Below are positions 1 through 9,700 of a DNA stretch of 64,000 bases, in pieces. Each line of letters starts with the position of its first letter. The first letter of the stretch is position 1. The notes beneath the pieces are model-generated. The model was given only the letters and a program-made list of their open reading frames with translations, was not told where the DNA came from and ran no database searches. The position numbers and the translations under genes were made by a program. The stretch comes from a virus (Duplodnaviria > Caudoviricetes): positions 7,403-71,402 of the IMG/VR virus record IMGVR_UViG_3300025018_000147. One strand, 5' to 3'.

Positions 1-245
1 GTGCTTCCGCAGTTGTGTGCTTGAAAGGCAATGCTCTTATTGAAGAGAAAGAACTTGCCGCAGCCGAACCAAAGAAAGTAACCCCTGTTGCAGATAAGCC
101 TAAAAAGGTAGCAAAGAGCTTAGTTGATGACCAAGTAGAGACTCTCTTTGCCGCTGCGGCAGAACCTGATCCGCAGCCAGTCAAAGAAGAAGCAGTCGAA
201 GAGACTAAGGCTGATGAGGAAATGGAATCACTATTCCAGGTCTAA
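1..245 (+). CDS. Hypothetical protein, C-terminal part (open at window start), Lys/Glu-rich with acidic tail
   Basis: Frame 3 is open from the window start; acidic tail ...EETKADEEMESLFQV; the next gene starts 2 nt after the stop. Confidence 0.6.
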   Translation, partial: ASAVVCLKGNALIEEKELAAAEPKKVTPVADKPKKVAKSLVDDQVETLFAAAAEPDPQPVKEEAVEETKADEEMESLFQV

Positions 246-247
246 TC

Positions 248-430
248 GTGTTCAAGAGTATAAAGGATGCATGTATTGCACTACTTATTGTAGGAGGTGC
301 ATGTCTGATAGTAGTCCTGATCCCGATCCTATCCACAGTCCTGACGGGATTGCTTGTAGTTTTTATTCTTGGTTTAGTCCTGGCGGTTGTTTACCAGGCT
401 ATACGGGATAAAGAGGATGAAGAGAAATAG
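248..430 (+). CDS. Small membrane protein (about 2 TM helices)
   Basis: 60 aa with a long hydrophobic stretch and a charged C-tail; tightly follows the upstream gene. Confidence 0.6.
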   Translation: MFKSIKDACIALLIVGGACLIVVLIPILSTVLTGLLVVFILGLVLAVVYQAIRDKEDEEK

Positions 431-563
431 CTCAATGGGGTGTTCCCGTTGAGTTAGCCAGCCGGAGGATCTTATAATAGTATATTACTGCCGGGTAATG
501 TGCATAGAGATAATTACACCCTCCGGCTGGCGTTTTATTTACTATGAAGTATAAAGGAATACC

Positions 564-731
564 ATGAACGAAATGATTGAACAACTTGATGTACTGTACC
601 AGAAATTTATCTCGGATGTCCGTCTTCGTGCAATTAAAGGCAATAAAGCTGCTGGAGTACGTAGCCGAAAGAGTAGCCTGGAGCTGACTAAATTGATGAA
701 GACGTGGCGGGCAGAATCGGTTAAAGAATAG
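564..731 (+). CDS. Histone H1-like nucleoid protein (Hc1 family), 55 aa, not in the ORF track
   Basis: Manual translation MNEMIEQLDVLYQKFISDVRLRAIKGNKAAGVRSRKSSLELTKLMKTWRAESVKE; carries the GNKAAG-R-RK-SLEL-K-MK signature; RBS aagga upstream. Confidence 0.75.
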   Translation: MNEMIEQLDVLYQKFISDVRLRAIKGNKAAGVRSRKSSLELTKLMKTWRAESVKE

Positions 732-756
732 ATAATTTAGAAAATACATTATACCT

Positions 757-795
757 AAAATACCCCGTAGCCTTATTATAGGTACGGGGTATTTT
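757..795. terminator. Bidirectional intrinsic terminator between convergent units
   Basis: aaaataccccgta...tacggggtatttt inverted repeat with A/T tails on both sides. Confidence 0.8.
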
Positions 796-798
796 TAT

Positions 799-3700
799 TT
801 AGAGCTGATCTAATACCCACTCTCCACTGGTAGCGGTAAGGATCTCATCGCTACTGTCCGTCAGTGCCGATAGCGGATTACCAAAGACATTGAGTGGATT
901 TTTGCTGATAAACGGTATCGACTCAAAGACCGAAGGCAAGGCATACACCGAAGCAAAGACCAGTGTCATGATCGCCTGGAAAGGTTTCTCCTTTACCATA
1001 TCTTTTATTGGTTTAAGTATACGCAGAGCATATTTACTGAACCAGATTAAACCAATCTGATTACCATATTCAATCATCTTGTGTGACGGAAGATTAAAGT
1101 TGACGAAATCATGCAGTACCTGAGCAACAGCCTCATTATGATCCATTTTCAGATCACCCTTTTCTACCGTGGTGTACTGCTTGTACATGATGTATCTACC
1201 GATGAAATCAGTCGTCTTCACTAAATTGTTGAGGATCTTATAGGATTGGGTGTCTTCAGCCATAACGATCTCCTTGCCTATGGTAGCGAGCTTATCCGGG
1301 GTATATTTAGCAAGCTGTTCTCCGAGCTGCTCAAACATACCTGGATAGGGCGACTGCACACTAGTAGTCTCGATATCATCAATAATTGACTGCATCAACC
1401 CTGCATCTACCACATCCGTTACTGGATTGAGTGCTATAGTATTCTCCAGTCGAACGATGTCATCCTTGATTTTTTGTGTTGTTTTGTCCAAGGTAACTTG
1501 AGTAAGCGTAGCCGTTGGTTTATGATTCTGTGCAGCGATGAGCTTTAACTTTGCCTGTTCAAGATTTTTCTTGTCAGTAACATAGCGTATAATGCCTGCC
1601 ATAGCTTCATTATGCCATTTATGAATATTGGCGTTAGTGACACCCTTAGCCTTACAGAAGAGCACATTACTGACGTAGTTACCAATTGTTACCTGTAGTC
1701 CACGAACAATGATATTGTTCTTGGCAACCTTAGTAGCCTGTATCATAAATTCTTCTACCTGCTTAGCTCGGGTAATACCCTTATTCTTGAAGATACTCTG
1801 AAAGATATTGACGATCATTTTCTCTATGAATGCTCTATCTTCCGGATTCTTATTGAACGCCTGAGTAATGCTGTACTTCCTGAAACCAAAGGCAAGATCC
1901 ACCACATCTTGAGCAACCATCATGGTATCATCTCCCCATATTTCAGCGATGTCTATTCTCGCTTGCTCAGGAAGCATGTAATACAGTTCCCGGTGCTTGA
2001 GATCTCTAGCATTAGGGCCGATCTCCACATAGTTACGAAACCGGTCCTTATATTCGCTATTGTACATGTCCTTCAGAGCACTAACCAATTCCCGGTTGAT
2101 ATAGGTAGTTCCTACCTTATCCAGTATCTGTCCAGCCATTGCCGACAACACTGCGTCATATTCGTTATGTTTTTTGAGGACATCATCCTTGGTATCCTCG
2201 TTCATCATGTAGCGATATTTGACAACATGCCCATCGGTATTTACCAGAGGAAGCATGGCATTACCATATTCCCTGTCTCTATTGTACGGCACCATTGGCG
2301 CATTGAATTGATCGTTAAGGGCATCCTGTTTCTTCTGTACTAGTCTTTTATGGTTTGCCCTGGCGTCAGTACCGTTATTATCTAACTGGGCATAAACATC
2401 GAATACATCGGTACCCTTATGCCCATTACCAGTAAGAGAAGCAATCGTTGCGTGCCAGTCATTGATACTGCCTGTATCTGAGGTATAGACATAAATAGGA
2501 GTCTGCTCCTTGTCATCCTTGTCCCGCTTGATGGGTAGCTTACTCTTGGTGTATCCTTGCGCTACAAGCTCTGCCTCGGTAACTGCATCTCCTGCTGCAG
2601 CAAGGATATTCACCTTGGTATCGGTAATTTCCTTGGTGTAGCCCTTGATGATCATATTAGGATTATCAAAGAACAGATCCTTCTTGGCTTGACGTTGGAT
2701 CTCCCTATGTTGAACCAAGACATCTCTGACTGCATCTGGATCTTCCTTTAACAGCTTTGTAAAAATAAGTTTATGGGAAGATGGGGTGAACTTTAGAGCA
2801 TACAGCGTAGCCAGCTTATCCACCAATTGCTCTGCTGCCAGAGCTTGTTCTGTAGTTAGTTTACCCTCATGCTTAGTATTCTTTAATGAACCAATAAGGT
2901 GTGCATTGAGTAGAGTGTTACCTTCCGTGGTTTTACCATGAGACATGTATAAACCAAGAGACTGCGCCTGTCTCTGATAGAAATTGATATGTGATTGGAG
3001 TGCCTTGTTACTCTTTATTAGACGAATGATCTCAAAGATTGCCGAGTCAAGAGTCTTCTCATTATCCATCATGGCAGTAATGTCGTTCATACTATAGTCT
3101 TCCAACAGAACAGACATATCTGTTTTGATAGCTCCCTTGAGAAGAGCTATCTTTTCAGTTGGAATAAGATCTCGTTGCCAGAGACTCTTTAAATGTTCCA
3201 TGTATGTGGACACTGCTTCCATACGTGCTTTATCAACAATGATGTCCTTGGTATTGATTAATCGATGTATTGGTGCAAGACGATCTGTCAGTCCTCGTAC
3301 CTCGCGAACGATGTATTTACCAAAACCCATATGAATGCCATCGATGTGATTACGAATATCCCGCATCATCTGTCCTGCCTTGGAATCTTGATCCTCCAAC
3401 ATAGCAGTCAGATTCTTTACAGTACGATTGACCTTACCTACCGGAGTCTTGGCAACAATAGCTTTTATCTTTTCGTTTGACCATTCAGCGATCTTACTAT
3501 ACGTACCATCATACTTATCCATGGCTTTACCGATCATGGTCTTGTGCTTGCTGTCTACTGTAGCCAGACGCATAGCTAGTCTCTCCAGTTCAGTAGCCAC
3601 ATTGTCCGTTGGTTTGCTTTTACCGTAGTTATTCATTACAACATCCATGATTCTGTTGAATAAATTAACTAGCGTTTCATAGAAGTTACTACCAATAATA

Positions 3701-6700
3701 CCCTGCCAAGTACCTCTGGTGAAGAGTGCTTTCTTTTTAGTATCAATGGGTAATCGAGCTAAAGCTCGAACTAGGTTCGGATCGGTTAAACCATGAGAAA
3801 TAAACTCATCCAGATGACTGGAGTATTTCTTGGTTTGCTTTAATCCAGTAGCTGTATTAACAGTCGTGACTTCTTTTACTGTTTGATTTCCAAAGATATA
3901 ATCCCACTTCGCCTGTGCCTCGGGAGTAACAACACCTGTTGGATCGTCGAGGAAGTCTTCCGGTCGGATTACCTCTTTTGCCATATCATAGAGCACTTGT
4001 GCTTGACGATTCAGATAAGAAGACATCTTCAAACCAGAATGTGTAATCGCATGAATAAGCTCATGGATGTATACCTGTTCTGCTGGAGTATTCGGATCAA
4101 GTCCCATGGCTTGAGCACGAAGGAATATTTTGTTCTGTTCCGGAACGAAGACACCATTCGTATTATTTGTTACTTGGGTCTTCAGGTAGAGATCAACCGG
4201 ATTCATTACCTTAGTGAGAATATTATTCATGATATGGCGCAGATGACTATCATGGGAATCGGTTACTCTATCGAGTCCTATAGTCTTCAAGCGATCATAC
4301 ACACCTACTGCATTCTCTTGGTTTAATTCGATATGTTCATCGTATTCATTTGAATCCAGGGATACTGGATCATCCGCATTACCAAGTACAGTATGCGCTT
4401 CACCCTCTGTGCGAGATTGCATGGATACATAGGTATCCCTTGCTGCATAGTCATAAGGCTTACGGGAAACAACAGGTTTATTTGGTAATGTATCACTGAC
4501 ATAGGTTGGATAGCTACTTTCCCATAGGTCTGCTATCTCATCAGCAGATTTCTGCATAGCCTCTATTACAGCTTTCTGTGCAGTTTCCGCTTGTGCATCA
4601 AGAGTAGAAGTATCAATTGCTGCAGGCTCAAATGATCCTTTAACCTCTTTAGGCTTAGCCTTTTTCTTGGTTTTGGGTACTGTATAACCTTTTGGTCCCC
4701 AATTATAGTGGTTCAAGCCAGTAACCATATCCATCAAGATAGCTTTATTCTTTACAGCTCGATCTGCAATATCGTCCATACGAGAAGATACTATTTGTGC
4801 AATTATCTCTTCATCAGAGAGTTTGGATTCTGGTTGTGTTTCTCTAAATTCATATATTACTTTATCATAAGGCCGTACAACTGTTCCATCAGATTTTGTA
4901 TATCGAGAGATACCTATTCGTTGAAATTCTGCCAGCATATCTAAAGCAAACTGTATCTTGCTGTCTTCATCAGTGATATTTGTTTCCTTGAATTCATTAA
5001 AAGCAGCAATAGTCTTGTGCAACGATGCATTCACTTCATGCGGAATACTGTAGTCTCTGAGTGTCTCAAACATGATCTCATTGAGTGCTTCATTCAGAGC
5101 AACTACTCCATCAATACCTGTGTAGAAGCCGTCATGTACATTCAGTATAGCTATCCCTCTACGCTGCATAAGCGTAGATATACTAGCATCCACCATCTGT
5201 GTGAGTGCTACCATCGGTGACACACCAACAGAACCAAGAATACCCTTCTCAGCAAGATGACTGGACTTCTTATGGAGTTTCTTAGATGCATATTGTTGTT
5301 CAACAGATTCACCGGTATAGCTCTTGGTAGGATCTTCAGTAGCCATATCCAACAGACCACCTTCAAACGGAGTAGCTACCGATGGGTACATATCTTTAAG
5401 CTGTTCGTCTATCTCTGCGTACTGTTCCTTGGATAAATCAACATAATGGTCTACGTCTTCCTTTGTCTTTTTATTTTTCTTTATGTAGAGTATACCTAGC
5501 TGCTTTGCATCGATGAGTTCCTGCTTCTTCTTTGCTACCAGATGAGCACGAACTACATTGTATAGAGCTGCAGCCACATTCATAGAATTGTTTACGGCAT
5601 TCTTCGCATATTTGATATTGCCGTAAAGCTCGTCTATACCATTGACTAATGCTCTACCATGATTTGCTTCAATATGATTGTGAATAGCTGCTTTTGTAGC
5701 ATCTGGAAGAGTGAGTTTCAATACGGCTGCTGGAATGAGTACTCCTTTACTATCTTTGAGTTTATCCACATCCACGGTAAACACATTTTTTGCGTCACTG
5801 TTTAGAGGGAGATTAGCTAATCTTCGCATATCATCAACTAAGTTGATAAGATCGTCTATTTTATTGTTCGCTGCTATGTCTTCCAGTTTAGCTGTGAAGA
5901 TGTCTTCTATGAGTGTTCTGGATAAACCATTGATAATAGATTCTTCTCCTGCGCTATAGCCGGTTTGCATTACCGGATCTTTCATTAACTTTCGTAGTGT
6001 ATCAGTAGCATACCCGTCATTATCCACCATGGAACCAAACAGTCTTTCCGCAATATGCAATCGAGTTAATTCTTGCTTAACTGCCCTGCTTCTTGGAGAA
6101 TTCTCATTTTTGATTTCATTAAATTCATCAGTAAGTACTTTCTCTCTTGCCAGGAGTGCTCTCCGCCAAGCAATACCTCCTGATTTGTACACATCCATGT
6201 TCCATGGTTTTTGGAGATGCTTGGCTACTTCTCCCTGCAGTTTATCAAAAGAGAAACCACCATTACGTAAGGCAAAGAGTATTTCCGGAGAGATATTATT
6301 GACCAGCATCTGTACCATCAAGATTACCGGACCATTAGACATACCATCTATTTCTATAGGAATATCTGTTGTAAATTCCAGAATGTTATTACCATGCAGA
6401 TTTGACTGATCTGATTTAGCTCGCATATAACGAGTGTACTCTACAAGACCTTTCAGAGTACTTATCTTCTTACCACCAGCACGAACACCAGTCATGATAT
6501 CATCAAGAGCTTGTGGGTGCTTTTCACCAAGCTCGGCGAGAGCTTCCATGTCTAATTCCTTAGAACCAGTAAAATTAAGCAGTAAGTCTATTGCTGCTCT
6601 AGCCTTGAAAAATACTTCCTTCTCCATAGCTTCTTTGACTAAGCGAAGTACTTCATCCTTGCCGCCTTTCTTGCTATGCTCTAAACCAATAGACAAAGCT

Positions 6701-9700
6701 ACTGCATCGAGGAACAGTGTCTCCTTGAATGTTTCGATTTCGTTATCACTATCGAGGGCAAAGGTAGATTTCCACTCAGACATGGTAAAAACATATCTGT
6801 GAAACTTATCTCCCTGTGAATTTATTTTTCCTACCTGGTGTACCCGTAAATTCTTGACTATTTTAGCCGGGATATAGAAGAGTGATTTAAGTCCTTTAGG
6901 CTGCTTTGCAGCCTCTTCCATCCAATCCAGCCAAATATCTAAAGAACGCTCTCTATCCTTATTTGCACTTGCAATAGATGCTGCTTTAGAGATGTGTTTC
7001 TTCGATGGATCTTCATTACCAATGAGTTCCAGTAAACGCTTTCTACCAAACAGCATAGCTATGTTTGCTGTGTTATGGCTCAGTTCGTAGCTTTTGTTCA
7101 CATTGTTTATGACTGCTCTGCTTTGTGCTACTGTAGCCAGATTCTTCGTCTTTTCTATAGCCATGCGAAACTTCTTACCAATCTTATACTTCTCCCAGGA
7201 ATGACCTTCCTTGGCAGCTTCACCAGTAAACAGTCTATCCCATAGCTTTGGTGATGCTTTCCAGGCTTGCTGGATACGATATATTGGTTCTATTGGTTTA
7301 CGTTCTTGATTCTGTTTACCCGGTACTGGTTTAGCCACTTTGACATGGTAAAAATTGCTCTTGGTTTTACCGTTGTTTGCTTCATTTCGATTATGTGAGG
7401 TAAAGAATTTATTACTTGAACGAGTGATCTGTCTCAGCGGATTACTTGTTATTCTTTTTTCATAATCCAGATCATCCAAGACGCTTTGTTTCAGTCCCTC
7501 TATACCGAAAGTACCGGGAGCAAAATCCTGTTTAGCAGTCTCTGAATATAAACCAGTATACGCTACCTTCTGCTCTACCATGTTCATCTCTTCTAAGGTA
7601 GCCAGTGCAGTCATAGCCAATGCTCGTTGCATACGTTCAGTGTAGTCTACAGGTGCATCCTTTGTCGTTGTGATGCCTACAAGTTTAAGAATGTCTCTAC
7701 CAAGAGTTTCAATAAGGAATGTCTCTGATACACCGATATCGTGCAGAATACTTCTTGCTTGAGCATTGAGTTCAGTGCCATCTTTTAAACCAAGAAGACT
7801 GGTCATAGCCTTATCTTCATTCTCCAGTGTTCCTTCACCTTGGGTAGCCAGCCACTTATAGGTAACTGTTGCCATGGCTCCACGGACATTCTCCGGGATA
7901 ATTCCATCAGGAGCGAACCATTGTAAGAAATCCTCATAGTAAAACATCTGTTTAGACTTCGGTTTAAACACTGATTTCTGTACTGTTTCACTGAAATATG
8001 AAGCATACCTTTGCATATGGTCAAGCATGAATCTATCATCAGCAGTGACGAATCGTTTACCGTTAAAGACAGAAGTTAGTTCTGCCAGCTTACCTTCAGT
8101 AATGAGTTGTTTCAATGTCGGGAAGAAGTTATCGATCATCTGCAGGACATTGTTCTTGGCGTTACCTGCTGCCTGGAAGAAATAGTGCAGAGGATTAATG
8201 GTCTGATAGTCTTTTGGTTTGAGTTTATCTACTGGAGTACTATTCTCGGGAAGTGTGGTCAGATCCTTTGCTACGGGAGATTTACGGTAGAGTTCTACAG
8301 GAGCTTCCTCTTCAACTTTGTCGCTCACTTTTTCAGTATTCTGAGCCTCAACCGTATTTGTCTCTATTTGCTGAGACTCAACGAGAGCTGCAGGAGTTTT
8401 TTCACTTGGTTCAACAGGTTTATCGACCGATACATTATCCCCGAGCTGCTCTGTTGAATCTTTTTGAAAAGTCTTTGCATAGACACTTTCAATAGCTTTT
8501 TTACCTACAGTACTAAGTTTTCTAGTACCTATACCTGCAAAATTAGGGGTAAGAATAGGCGTATCTATTTTCTCCCAACCTTTATTACTTTTCTTGAACC
8601 AAGACTCTTTAGTCTGATCGAAAACATAAACAGGTTTTCTTTCTCGAATAGCCATAGCTACAGCGTAGCCAGTACCACCATCTGTGTATTCGCCCTTAAT
8701 AGTTCCTACGGCAAAGACGGCATCAGCGTTTTTAACCTGCTGCCAGTTACGGGCAAGCAGCCCTTGTACATAAGGCTTGTTACTCCAGTATTTACCTAAA
8801 TCTTTAGCTGCCTGTTTAGCTTTAACCAGACCTTCTTTAAGCTGTTCTGGTGTAATTTTTACATTACCCTTGGGAGTTTTATCTTGATAGTAATGATTAC
8901 TGATAACTCCGTAGGGTTTGCCTACATCTCCCCAAGCAGAATCCGAACCAAGAGCACCTCCTGAATGATTGGTGTATTTTACTGTTTCTGGTGTAAACTT
9001 TGTTTGAGTATTGCTTGGAGTTATTTTAGGTTCAGTATTCTCTTCTGTCTTTTCTTTTGTATCTCCCTGCGTTCCTTGAGATATACTTCCCTCTTTTCCT
9101 TGAGGGTTAACCAAGACAGTGGTTTTGGCAGCAGTCGTATCGGCCACCGTATTTCCAGTCGCTTGAATAGAATCATTTATTTCTCCTTCAACGGTAGGAA
9201 TTTCATTTTCATAGGAATCTACTGGTGGACCTTCCGGTATAACATCTACCTGTTTAGGAGCTGTATTTGCTGTTGTAGAAGGAGTTACCTCCTCGGCAGT
9301 AGGATTGGGTGTCTTGGTTTGCTCTTGTCGTACAGGAACTGTTATAGGTGATTTCCTGCCATACTGAGGAAACAACCCATTAGCTACAACGACTGCTTGT
9401 TCCAGCGCATTAGCTTCTTCTTCAATATCATTGAGAGTATTCAACCAACCTTGTGTATTTGGATTGATATCATAAGGCTTACCCCCGCGTTGTTTCGCTA
9501 GTTTGCCATTAAGCAGAGCTACATCTTCCGGATTACGCGGTATGCCCTTAGCGTCTGCTTCGGTAAGTCTACGTAGTGTACTAGCCTTAATACGATGCCC
9601 AGCAGCAAAAGAAGACAGCCCATCTAATGCTTTAGCGGCTGCGGGTTCATTCGTTGCTTTTAGATTCTGTGCTATACTGCTTATATATGAATTAATACCA

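Noticed and set aside
432-749. 105-aa minus-strand ORF in the track
   Set aside because: It is antisense to the better-supported Hc1-like gene and hairpins.
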